This document shows, piece after piece, positions 30,601-35,900 of a stretch of DNA of 64,000 nt (its first letter is position 1; each line of letters begins with the position of its first letter). Under the pieces are notes generated by a model. It did not search any database, was not told the origin of the DNA, and was given only the letters and a program-made list of their open reading frames with translations. The stretch comes from Nanobdellota archaeon (GTDB lineage Archaea; Nanobdellota; Nanobdellia; Woesearchaeales; JBHPFW01), in assembly GCA_042571645.1 (NCBI GenBank), contig JBHPFW010000006.1:4131-68130 (forward strand), read 5' to 3'. The translations under genes and the position numbers were made by a program.

Positions 30601-31567
30601 TGGAATAAAGAATGGTTTTGAAACAGGCATAGACTGTGGCGGGTATTGTAAATCTTGTATTCCAGTAATTAAGCCAGAGGAAATTAAGCCAGCAGATAAG
30701 GTTATTCCTCCTAAAGAACTTCCAGAGGAAAAAATCATAATAGAAGAAGTTTTCAGAAAAGTTAAAAAAGGAGTAACAGAAACAGTCCTTTTCCCCGGAA
30801 GAGTTTCAAGAAACTTGAAAACTTCGATAGAAAAATTCCTAAGTCGAAAATTCAATATAGGACTTCTTTCAATACTCACTTTAATCAGCATCCTGTTAAT
30901 CTTTGAAATGACAAGGGCAATCCGCATAGATGCTATAGAACAACTAATGGCCTCTAAGATAATCCAGAGATATGAAAAAGCTAAATATTATCTTGGAAAG
31001 ATCCTTGTGTTGGAGGAAGAAAGACATAATGCCAGAATTGCCTCGAGACTTAAGAGTTTCAATGAATCTTTGACTAAGTTTGAAGAAAGAAGAAAACTAA
31101 GAGATATAATAAGAGAAAAATTATCAGGCGGAAACAGTCAGAGAACAAAAGGATTATTAATGCTGATGATTCTGATAATTGCTGTTTTGATAATATCTAA
31201 TATTGGCGCTTTTTCAATAATAGGATATTCAACTACAGAAATTAATAGAGTTAATAGTGATCTTGCTGTTAATTCTGCTATTGATGCTGATAATGATGAA
31301 CAGGTTATTGCCGAGGCTGTAGAGGATGAAAATAATGATTCCCTAGGAATTGCATTAGCAATAGGAATGATTTTAATATCGTCATTTTTAGCATTACTAA
31401 TAGTGTTTAGACCGTCAGTATCTGCCTCAGCAAAGGTGATTGAAGATTCCAATAAAGATATCAATAAAGATTTAAATAACGATTCCAATAAAGATCAAAA
31501 GAAAGATCTGGAGATGAAAACCCCCCAGAGAATACATAAAGAAGACGAGGAAAAAAAGGATATTTAA
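12677..31567 (+). CDS. Giant (6296-aa) surface protein: 11 nested LamG modules, beta-helix region, Ig-like modules, Cys-rich stalk and a three-TM tail
   Basis: One uninterrupted 18.9-kb ORF in an AT-rich sequence. It has an N-terminal signal/TM and repeated LamG signatures (W..VAATY.GS...LYVDG....; IDEV.IYN..LS..QIKALYNNRTDLIV). PbH1-like repeats run from about 18870 to 21190. The stalk at 30425-30658 is homologous to that of the preceding gene. Confidence 0.9.
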   Translation: MKAMEAYKIRGLLVLAISVLMGIVLANLGNLSITGYSTVELNNTIYVYSDTIMDEDFYNSDYSYYHVIIEKDNVKLDCNDLPLIGNETGIGIYSNKNNITLENCFVVNYEYGIVLTGNDSNLINTRAENNLFVDIMYMEVEEFEMENAVADNASNETLTESEANLTQDPLAEPNITDPVSESEPTQENISTSGIQEDPQPPQDPITILSGNAPTHSQPILNSTNGLFHSSENLTVYNQSTNDGEGDNVTNSILWLRNKRSFPATHVDINYDNVIFRTPFENYTVSTDTYKDYSVSDSTITVSNTVWNATGGHDGYGAYKFTGTTGYLKTTADIGEGEASLTVLVWVKPSPSPAHIGDFVTKRNVYYTLQNISNNVWVYLSGLSSAWTRSSSTLSTTNWNHVAWTKSGSTLRLYINGQEDSVSPVTLTSSNPLASGILHPLTIGNVVLNTGAIDADRGFDGHIDDVMILDVALSADQIKAMYDRTSNIIRSDETEVSDTWQACITPNDGTSDGATNCSDTKTILLSNPPTHSQPILSSTSGNNLYSDNLTVYNQSTIDINGDSVSNIINWYRNDTSIAVLNMPFDSADSAGSGKTKDYSGSGNNGTLAGHTVWTSDGYLGGAYYFDGTNDYIDFGNDPDLSFERTDPFSISAWVKIDDVSSVRLIFSKLAGPTAYPGYQFFVHTNGQIYFDLFRDSSTTKYIRVYETSNEGVADGGWHQVTATYDGSSTAAGVKIYLDGDAVSTTVGQDTLDGSMLNSVSAYIGTRSDGSYDYKGYVDEVNVFNRELSPEQINALYNNRTDLIVSQETEVSDIWKACITPNDGFVDGVTNCSTSLTIVSNIPPTHNQPILNSTLGTNLTTENLTVYNQSTSDLEGDGVNNSIRWLRNSRSYPATPESVSYTNMVLNMPFENYTGLSDNSADHSLYGNNGTVYGNPVWNSTGGHDGYAAYDLDGTGDYIEIADDASLESTQISLGAWVKREGTMGTGVWHRRIISKNYQTTFVDPFDSYALLVDNSVNYYIGFNIGWGTGGGKYTTYWTSTPLPDGEWTHLFMTVNQTQVKLYMNGNLLTTQTAGGNPIYNNGPLRIGAMDPTHASERFFNGKIDDVRIYDLSLTADQIKEIYQNKSGVIQFNETSIDDVWQACITPYDAYGAGSENCSNNLTVLAPIPNYAPVVSDIVLNATDHPSNTTNANLTVYYNLSDLNDDNITKVINWYRNDSSITVLNMPFDSNNSAGTGKTKDYSGYENNGTETGGVAWTSQGYISGAYDFAGDNDYIQIADDDILSFGDTLTDQPLTISAWVNMDAATLFPIVAKDASTSNVEYVFGTSSADYLVLTLYDLNSANRIQAYTATGVMTPYEGIWTQLVAVYDGFGNESGINLYIDGVLQTGLTRGEVGTYEAMHNTNAALFIGKRETPNQRYANSRIDDVRVFNRELSTEQIKALYNNRTNLIVSQETNVNDIWKACITPNDGQVDGSTNCSNNLTVLVGSNQAPTQTQPILNSSDATNKSASNLTVYTSIFDPNGDNTTAIINWYKDSSSISVLNMPFEGGSTSGSSTGPTNGTTKDYSGYGNNGTAIANSSNNGPQWSSSSGYIGGAYTFDGVDDYIEVNHSSSLNIENEITLSAWVKSNEEGYVVVKDPSAEQQTAYYINKSDCDYIPTWDDGTCVGQTLTEPQFLTIGQNTLTCNYTDTLLNNVEVTSVTLYGAHNVVCTNGVQYYWNGTLLGTSVDSSTACNFCLPSQDLNAPYYHNFTLTNPNYSIGGINTFSFTNLAGGNGYAGFIGGHHTPALGLSGYEMFKVTVNYTVSGKYTPFSLSTINGGEFLIGNDNYRAISSGSINDGNWHHIAATYNGSEMRLYVDGKLNATNTSFSGSLPTNTDPVWIGRNYDPENSTGYFNGTIDEVQIYPAALSAQQIKALYNNRTDLIVSQETSGGEKWQACVTPNDGQVDGSENCSNSLTVREVELTIWDDNDLAGGNQNKTRGELISFYANYTENGGIGPINNSIGWCNLTINTTPDGPYEMSYNSTSGLWYHNRSFNNATNYQWNVTCNSTGYEQLTKTDTITVYPDCVTPEDEYQFESNSLVNFCSGSYSLGATGSYYQFAYSFYLDNTHSNITFICDDTILNGPGAGSFNFAFLIMGSQNISIIGCNFSNFVIATGLLNNFDTINLSNNYFSNVYSSIFIAKGRNFHILNNTLNGGAGITLRDEFGGPGNNSGGRIIGNTMMSPSSSMGGLAAGVVFDLDQEQTLTETSDIYIANNTIINSGGFGISLMQADSRSTINNITISNNNISNPSSYGIYIENASNVIVDNNLISGATYESIYSVAENSVKIRNNQIYNNNNRHAIYMGSSVEDKYGVLNGGRDFVISGNTINNSGGTGTRNSYFASLSPIRFNGYDFNGNGAGMIVFGLGSERRRNVFADNTPFENILYGVRGDNFTLSLIYDNVLQKNITFFYEDGFNEDIENCADLRNEIGSVNVYYCRENTLISNGATSDYTFDSSIFNSSFNVTPGYTNPPYLRYESWSYNASAIEIDSNTNVTISDNVLDRNDYGITISNSTTVNIRNITGTTVTSASYYGSNSPRIYDGQKYQDVPLQDGVGNGTILFVDTTEYKVYGANDKVEMPLVDGTFNFSVCLINALDTYFITGYFYPQLNKTECEVFVNNSCGGCNPVAEYVEFNVFTAQGAGNNYVWAGNSSTTAVSGTYYTDPPYINVVIANNVKNYISIEALNGGTIQNINLDNPDNENIDVKSSSDLIFKDITINSGGKGIIIDPSSNITIRDSTINSTSGEGILIFNNTNAIIYNNTITYNSRNGINISLNGSATITENTICYNNLFGIYSLDSVLNPDYPSLMSQNNFTCAGDNLQDAKLKKEWYVQARTIDSYSQNLSSASVNLYEPSTNSTPKYTETTDVNGLTPLYDLIATQYIINNTDSQLNSTPHRIYTTKSGFQNELTWTVTESNTTRGDNEIILLLGNAALRIWDDKDPRAGSQNKGSTDNIYFYANYTNSTSKIPIDDNTDGGWCNITISDNPADSFAMSYNSSNGLWNHNKTFGAVGSYSWNVTCNATNYESLYAIEAIYVNALPTHSRPLLIASDYPANSTYANLTVYNQSTQDNDVGYVANIINWFRNGNSLNVLNMPFEGGSTSGNSSENGTARDYSNYTNNGIVVNAAWNRTAGYNNFGAYEFDGAGDYIELPHSSSLDLTDEITISVWVKSNSEGYVVVKDPYETGQAIYYIENESCSGWDDEGCNSYNPYTYEGFLGNSSGSTLKCNYTDTLPTDVTIDSIEVQGAMAANCAPNNPIKWWWGNTLIGQFDDTDGRCGCNPDPPAIMNFSLTNPSYDIGGENFVYLNNSGNFASILGGSYAGYSTGQILKVTVNYTGGKIVPFSLSTRNGGEFFLRNNSFKVISTNSINDGDWHHLAATYNGSEMRLYVDGKLNATSTSYSGNLPTNSDPVWIGRHFDPRNLTGFFNGTLDEVQIYPIALSAEQIKAVYNDGTYVIVSQETYGGDTWKACITINDGYTDGATNCSNEVTIENIAPNFTFTNITPSPAYANDTLFVNITPLDEDSSTITVWIKWFVNGILKFWERLTGIFSGQTVQANLSSTYFNKSDNVTAEVTVGDNVDNATAQNTSALTIGNLAPSISAIGINSSNNLNTSADTITGYFVYSDADSDLQQSTETKWYIDDSYDSSFDNIFDIGPGNFTNTQQIIFSARVSDGTAWSNWANSSTLAIRNSAPFQDNPLLISIFGTNLTTENLSVQNISTQDYDGDNVENIINWYLNGTSLTTLNLPFASNHSAGTNKTRDYSGYGFNGTVYGANWNPGRSGYYEFDGVDDYIETNVSALNSSIFSIELWAKFNDYEDRRPLFAKATASDDVLAIGTDIFDGSTNIGLGINNGGWDYVESQTNPVLGQWYHIVGVQNSTSKLIYIDGELENTESNVILPAGNTIFIGKRRFGGAIPINGSIAAVRIYNNSLTSAQIKALYNNRTDMIVSEQTSDGDIWQACMTPNDGSIDGTEKCSNNILVLPQIGEQPVDTGFGGGNTTNFDTVPNLSDVDTVVLHNDSYMKLNWTSSGLNVSGANFSETVIFGEGWVNINLSTISTTLNSSATIELYNLPFEETPIVYIDGVLCTQDCDIIGYSGTTLIFNVSHFTNYSTGPNSQLMIWDDTDPEGGSQSKIINDSIFFIANYTNVTSGKYIDNVSNNGWCNISFSYDPIGPFEMIFNYTGNNTWAYNRSFNDSNTYNWNVSCNATNYELFELSDQVYITPLENRPPTHSKPIISSTNGFNRTTDNITVYNQSTNDPDRNNLTNIVDWRKDGGTFAILNAPFDTNSSNVVRDYSNNESNLSASAGVQWTPNGYIGGGYYFDDIGNNDYLNYSLNKYDFGFSGSDQMTVMAWVYADRLGGETHYIVENDENWIFYVNADRKVVLTLISSGGSYWNTYRCDSPLVQTGRWYHITGVVIDSTKTGTQNAMKIYFDGQECITPFKNPNTGWQNLGSKGLAIGARSFIGLYGQNSWNGTIDEFKIFPTALTEEQIKAIAQNKTDTIVSQETSVGDKWQACVTPNDGEYDGSTKCTNNLSVVLSHAPTHSEPVLNSTSGNGLSRDNLTVYNVSTIDIEPDNITNIINWKKDGSSITVLNMPFDSPDSAGSGKTKDYSDNENNGTNYGSIVWSPDGYYGGGYIFDGTDDYIYVPNTNSLTSFPIGLTVSVWVKQTGSDTGGIVLSRWGVSGVESGYGLHSNDNWYMGDGTNWGFISAGRLRDSNWHHYVLVWDTSTMTSYRDATYVDSTNAAGAVFNNPGNSRLVIGDDNRIANPGANIFSGQIDEVRIYNKTLSIEQINALYNNRTDLIVSQETSVGDTWLACVTPNDGLVDGAENCSNTVNIILSNPPTHSKPIINSTSGYNRIEDNLTVINQSTADIDGDAVRNIVNWYRNDSSIMVLNMPFDSNNSAGSGKTKDYSGYGNNGTINGATWTSSGYTGGGYDFDGTEDYIEIPNDASIDFSNTDPFSISAWVKTTQYSGMFVAKIDGSPFTGYEFLVYADQLSVWLINNYGGGNYLFVQETGTGAVNDGNWHHVTMTYNGSSSASGVKLYVDGSKITTTTEVDSLSASISSTTPVRIGERGDNELDYNGLIDEVLIYNHTLTPQQIKAVYNNRTDLIVSNETYLNDIWKACITPTDGFVDGATNCSDSVTVVDNFPPTHSQPILNSTLGTNKTDEDLTVYNRSTSDLDNDPVTNIIDWYVNSINQPSLKNQWTINSATTSKGQSWYACITPNDGTINGSINCSNTLTIENTGPGYTFTNITPETAYTNDTLSVNVTPTDIDSDTLTVWIKWFVNGILKFWEKITGIISGSIVQLNLSSSNFTKGDNVTAEVTIGDADVNLTPTNTSTISILNSLPTHQLPFLNSTTLLNRTDENLTVYNRSTTDPDGDEIKNIINWKLNSNSFAELNLPFEGGSNSTYTKDYAQDTTILVNSATWNAAGGYDNNGGYEFDGADDYIALDMNYSSAGEISELTVCAWYKTEYAGLEWNANGALVDFDNTEYYGLFVNGVNGNIVFRTTSSTGYSNSTVGATNTNDGSWHFACGVFDSSEEYDKKVYYDGALGSQQNNYPTGVNLGTGTTRFGFIGDTSEAVSFDGIKGSKYFNGSIDEVMIYHKALSAEQIKTLYNSRTDLIVSQETAAYDVWQSCITPNDGTADSTTLCSNEITVWDIPPEIHNVTMNSTDHLNRTNATLNGYFDYYEPSGALQQENETKWYKNNAEVSALANKTIISPSNTTKGEIWKFGARVYDGTSWSTWDNSSELTINNALPTQSSPLLSSSSGTNTPTENLTVYNQSTIDIDGDTVTNYIDWYLDGVYNSTFDDNNTINSNYTILGQIWKACITPYDGTINGTKLCSANLTIIPPAPARVGGAAGGGGAPPIPESCYDGVQNNGESGVDCGGKCPRCPSCSDGKMNCHDDKCEEGTDCGGPCAVGCGPAPRCNDGIKNGFETGIDCGGYCKSCIPVIKPEEIKPADKVIPPKELPEEKIIIEEVFRKVKKGVTETVLFPGRVSRNLKTSIEKFLSRKFNIGLLSILTLISILLIFEMTRAIRIDAIEQLMASKIIQRYEKAKYYLGKILVLEEERHNARIASRLKSFNESLTKFEERRKLRDIIREKLSGGNSQRTKGLLMLMILIIAVLIISNIGAFSIIGYSTTEINRVNSDLAVNSAIDADNDEQVIAEAVEDENNDSLGIALAIGMILISSFLALLIVFRPSVSASAKVIEDSNKDINKDLNNDSNKDQKKDLEMKTPQRIHKEDEEKKDI
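13306..18547 (+). repeat. Nested modules 1-5 (N-half of small domain + LamG + C-half)
   Basis: Each unit reads P-T-H-[SN]-Q-P-I-L-N-S..ENLTVYNQST.D..GD.V.N.I.W.RN, then a LamG of about 190-370 aa, then SQET...D.W.ACITPNDG..DG..NCS..LT. The LamG C-ends fall at about 14200, 15140, 16115, 17080 and 18500. Confidence 0.75.
18870..21190 (+). other. Right-handed parallel beta-helix (PbH1/NosD-like) region
   Basis: Periodic ~22-25-aa repeats rich in N/I/G, for example NISIIGCNFSNF, INLSNNYFSNV, HILNNTLNGG, ITISNNNISNPSSYGIYIENASNVIVDNNLISG, NITIRDSTINSTSGEGILIFNNTNAIIYNNTITYNSRNGINI. Confidence 0.6.
21904..30358 (+). repeat. Modules 6-13: six LamG-split copies, two uninterrupted copies and related small domains
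   Basis: The LamG C-ends fall at about 23220, 24690, 26360, 27265, 28195 and 29735. The uninterrupted copies are at about 28255-28530 and 30080-30358. Confidence 0.7.
30425..30658 (+). repeat. Cys-rich stalk, second copy (3 repeats)
   Basis: The sequence is CYDGVQNNGESGVDCGGKCPRC / CSDGKMNCHDDKCEEGTDCGGPCAVGC / CNDGIKNGFETGIDCGGYCKSC. It is preceded by VGGAAGGGGAPP. It aligns with 12045-12277 at both the protein and DNA level. Confidence 0.7.
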
Positions 31568-31581
31568 ATGAGGTGTAGGAT

Positions 31582-32568
31582 ATGTTTGATGTTATTACAA
31601 TTGGCAGTGCAACAGTTGATGTGTTTGCAAAAACCCATTCAGAACTTGTTAAGATAAAAACACCAAAAACAGAGGAAACTTTGATATGTTATCCTTCTGG
31701 AGCAAAGATTCTTATTAAGGATTTGCAGTTCATGACTGGCGGTGGAGGTACTAATACTGCAGTTGCTTTTTCTCGGCTAGGCCTAAAAACAGGTTATCTC
31801 GGTCATCTCGGAAAAGGCGAGAATGGCGACAAGATAATTTCCATGTTTAAAAAAGAGAAAATAAAATTTCTAGGCACAAGAGGAAATGAAATGACTAATT
31901 ATTCTATGGTGCTTGACAGCATAGAACATGACAGAACAATCCTTGCATATAAAGAAGCATCACAAAAGCTTAGTTATGAAAAAATAAACAAATCAACTCT
32001 TAAAACAAAATGGTTCTATATCTCTTCAACACTTGGCCAGACATTCAAGACAACTGAAAAGCTTGTTAGTTTTGCAGTTAAGAATGGGATAAAAATTGCT
32101 TTTAACCCAAGCAATTATCAGGCTGAGAAAGGAGCAAAATACCTGAAAAAAATACTGGATAACACTAATCTTTTGGTTTTAAACAAAGAAGAAGCTGAGC
32201 TTTTGCTTGGAAGAAGATATGGCACAGATTTAAATGAACTTCTTGAAGGATCGCATGAATTAGGCCCAAAAATTGTTGTGATAACTGACGGCAAAGAAGG
32301 TGCTTATTGTTCTGATGGAAAGAAAAAACTCAAAGTTATTCCAAGAAAAATCAATATTTTAGAGACTACTGGTGCAGGAGATGCCTTTGCATCAAGTTTT
32401 TTGTCTGGCTTGATTAAGAAGAAGGACATAAAATTTGCATTGCAGATGGCTGTTGTTAATGCACAATCTGTTATTCAGAATTATGGAGCAAAGAACATTT
32501 TGCTTAACTGGAAACAGGCAATAAAAGAAATGAAATTAAGGCCCAGAAAAATTATTGGGTTTAAGTAA
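31582..32568 (+). CDS. PfkB-family carbohydrate/nucleoside kinase (ribokinase-like)
   Basis: The N-terminus has the PfkB GG motif (FMTGGGGTNTAVAF). The C-terminal signature is ILETTGAGDAFASSFLSG. A GAGGTG Shine-Dalgarno-like motif lies 6 nt upstream, and the gene starts only 14 nt after the giant ORF stop. Confidence 0.85.
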   Translation: MFDVITIGSATVDVFAKTHSELVKIKTPKTEETLICYPSGAKILIKDLQFMTGGGGTNTAVAFSRLGLKTGYLGHLGKGENGDKIISMFKKEKIKFLGTRGNEMTNYSMVLDSIEHDRTILAYKEASQKLSYEKINKSTLKTKWFYISSTLGQTFKTTEKLVSFAVKNGIKIAFNPSNYQAEKGAKYLKKILDNTNLLVLNKEEAELLLGRRYGTDLNELLEGSHELGPKIVVITDGKEGAYCSDGKKKLKVIPRKINILETTGAGDAFASSFLSGLIKKKDIKFALQMAVVNAQSVIQNYGAKNILLNWKQAIKEMKLRPRKIIGFK

Positions 32569-32599
32569 TAACTTTATATAACTATGTTGAATACATCTG

Positions 32600-32746
32600 T
32601 TATTTTATATCTCTGCCTAGAATTTCTTTCCATGATCCTTCTTTTATAACTATATTATTCTTTTTAGGATCGACTATTGCGAACCTGTTTTCTCTGAGCT
32701 TTATTATATGATATTCCCCAGCAATCACTGCAATGATTTTTACCAT
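32600..32746 (-). CDS. Possible 48-aa small protein (below ORF-track cutoff)
   Basis: Hand translation gives MVKIIAVIAGEYHIIKLRENRFAIVDPKKNNIVIKEGSWKEILGRDIK. The sequence is not low complexity and no homology was recognised. It could be a chance ORF. Confidence 0.25.
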   Translation of the reverse strand: MVKIIAVIAGEYHIIKLRENRFAIVDPKKNNIVIKEGSWKEILGRDIK

Positions 32747-32791
32747 AAGGTTATTATTTGTCAGAACTGGTTAAATAACCTTACTGAGAAT

Positions 32792-32916
32792 TTGGGATAA
32801 CATCGTAATTGGGATAATATCTTAATAGCCTTTTATATCCCATCTTATCTTCAAAAAATTCCGAATTTCGTAGTTTTTTGGGTTTTGGGATAACTTTTTC
32901 GAATAAGGTTTATATA
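32792..32916 (+). promoter_or_regulatory. Promoter region of the 3367-aa gene: three TTGGGATAAY boxes plus a TATA box
   Basis: TTGGGATAAC is at 32792-32801, TTGGGATAAT at 32809-32818 and TTGGGATAAC at 32885-32894. The TATA-like TTTATATA is at 32909-32916. A GGGGGGTG Shine-Dalgarno-like motif is at 32938-32945. Confidence 0.4.
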
Positions 32917-32959
32917 TTCTGACGACTATATGCTATTTGGGGGGTGTCAAGTGGTATTT

Positions 32960-35900
32960 ATGGCATATAGGGGAAAGTCTCTAAAAATATATCTTGCACT
33001 ATTAACTGTATTATTTCTTTCTTGTGTATTTACATCCTCTGCTTCAACCGATGTAAAGATAATTACAGACAATGAGATATATACTCACCCTAATCAACAG
33101 GAAGTGATTATTAATTTAACTGCAGATAAAGATGTAGAGAATATAATTGCTTTTGTGGAATTGACAAAAGATGCAGATGCCAGAATAAAGGAAATTGTCG
33201 AAATTATTGAACCAGATGAAATCAATGAGACCAACATCACAGAAATTGCACTTGATAAACAAAACAAAGTCTACTTTAATAATGAAACTACATCAGATTC
33301 AGAATATGATGTTAGCGAAACATCTTTAATGGAAATTACTGATAACTTTAATGATGATGAGAATGATGATGGGAATTATGATTCAGCAAAAAGAGAACTA
33401 GAATTAAAAGCAGCAATACCTATTGATAATCTGCAAAAAGGTGATATAAAACAACTTAAGGTTGTGTTGGAGCATAAAGAGAATTATCACGGAAATATAG
33501 AATTAAGTGCAGAAGATGAAAATGGTAATCCTGTAGCAGAAACAAAAGAATTATCAATCAGGCCACAGAAATTATTTGCATTAAAACCTTCAGTGGATAC
33601 TTATGTTGATAAGGATTATCCAACCAAGTCTTTTTCTGATAAAAAATATTTGAAGTCTGATGACGACAAGATCTCCCTAATAAAATTCGATTTGAGAAAC
33701 TATACAATAGATCATATCAGATCCTCCTCATTATATTTGTATCCAAAAGAAGTAAGTTTTGAGGAAATTGAGGTGTATTATTTAGATGGTGATTGGGATG
33801 AAAATGTCAGCTATGAAACATTGCCAGAGATAGGAGCTTTTCTTAACTCCACTTTAAACAATGAAACAGGATATTTCCAAGTACATATTACTGAGATTGT
33901 AAATGAAACATATTATTCTGGAGATAGAGTTCTTTCATTAGCTGTTAGAACAGAAAATCCAGTAAGTTTCATGAGTTCTGAGAATAAAACTCACAGCCCA
34001 ATATTATATATTGACGATCCAATCGATTGTGTTAATTATACTACTGAAGATTCTGATAATGTTTATTTAACAGGAAATGTAACATGTAATTTCTTAACCA
34101 GCACAAAAAATATTGTGATTTATGATGCAGAGATACATGGTGAAGGAGAAGATGCTACAGCTCTAACTCCTTCTGATCCTGGTCAACCAGGTCAAATAAG
34201 TTTTATTTCAATAGGAAATATCACTGTAACTAACTCTACTTTGTATGGCTTTGGAGGAAGAGGCTTGCGTATTGCAACAGGTTGCAGAGATGATTGTGCA
34301 GAAGGAGGGCCAGGAAGTATTTATTTTAATGCTTTTGATACTTTATTGATAGAGAATTCTTCTACTATAGGGTATGGAGGTCCAGGTCAAAGATCTTCAT
34401 GTCAAGAATTTGGAGAGGGTGGCAAATCTCAAGGTTATTTTCTTGGTTCTGACGTAATAATAAATAATACCAGAATCAATAATATAGGTGGTGGTGGAAT
34501 GAACAATTCATGCTCCAAAGGTTACGGTGGCAGAGGAGGAGAAGGTTTTGTAAATTTAACAGCAATTGATAATTTGTTGATCTTTAATTCTGTTATAGGT
34601 GCTCAAGGAGGCAGAGGCGGTAATGGATTATATAGTGGTTATGGCGGCCATGGAAATATAAAAATAGGGACAAATAATAAAGCTGTAATTGATAATTCTT
34701 TCTTCTATTCTAATGGGGGCTTTAGTGGTAATGGTGGTGACGCTTGTTACAGAGCTGGAAGCGGCCGATTCAATGTTTATGGAAATAAAATAGTAATAGA
34801 TGATTCTTTAGTATATTCATATGGTGCTTCAACTTGTTCAGCAGATGTTTTTATAGGGGAAGCGGGTTTAGGCAGAATTTCTTTTAATACATTATATTCC
34901 ACTATCAACAATGTTAAGTTTTATGGTTATGGAGGTAGTGGAGGTTCTTCAACAAGGTCTGCAGGCGGTTCTCCTGGAAGTGGTTGGTTTAATTATCAAG
35001 GACTAAATTTATCAATTAGAGACACTTTTATCGATGTGCATGGTGGCAGAGGAGGTAAGAGTGAAGATCCTCAAGGTCCTGCAGGAGAGGATGCAAATTT
35101 TTCTATCAACTGTTCAGAAGCAATAAATGTATTTAACTTGACTTTAAATGCCAGAGGAGGTCTTGGAGGAGACAGTCATTATAGCAAAGGAGGTTCTGGA
35201 GGGGACAGTTTATGCAAAATTTTTGGTGACAGAGTTTTCTTTAATGAATCATCTCTTGATTGTATTGGGGGAGCTGCAAATGATGTTGGTTGTAAAAACT
35301 GTAGAGGAAACCCAGGAGGTCATGGAAATTTTATAGTAAACACAACTAATTCTTTTGATTTTTTTGGCAAATCTTATGTAAATGCCCAAGGAGGTATCGG
35401 AGGAGAGGGTTGGCGCGGCATAACTGGTAGGGGTGGAGACGGAAGAATAGAAATAAACTCTCCTATTGTGAGATTTGGGGATATAAGAGACCCTCTGCTT
35501 ATTTCTTCTGGAGGACTTTCACCTGCTAGTAGACCAGAAAGAGAGGGAAGAAAGGGAGATTCAAATTTTATCATAAATGCAGGACATGAAGTTACGTTCT
35601 ATAGAATAGTGCAAATTGACTCTGAACTATATCCTGGAACTAATTCAATAAATTTGATTAATTTTTCTTCTCAGAGACCAAAGCTTGGTTTGTTTAACAC
35701 TTCAATGCCAGACTTATTCTTGGTGGGGTCGCCTGCTAAGATTGCAGTGGGAAGATATGATAGATATGACCAAAATATTAATTTTTCACAGCTTGATTAT
35801 TATGAAGTTTCCAAAGAGGTTTATGAATATATTGTTGAGTCAATAGTTAATATAACCCCAACCGGTAGTTTGGTAGAATGTAATGATATTGAGATTATTG

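Noticed and set aside
12677-31567. Diversity-generating retroelement (template/variable repeat pair) targeting the LamG giants
   Set aside because: No reverse-transcriptase ORF is present in the window. Repeat copies differ by substitutions of all base types and by indels, like ordinary diverged domain paralogues, rather than adenine-specific changes. A DGR elsewhere in the genome cannot be excluded.
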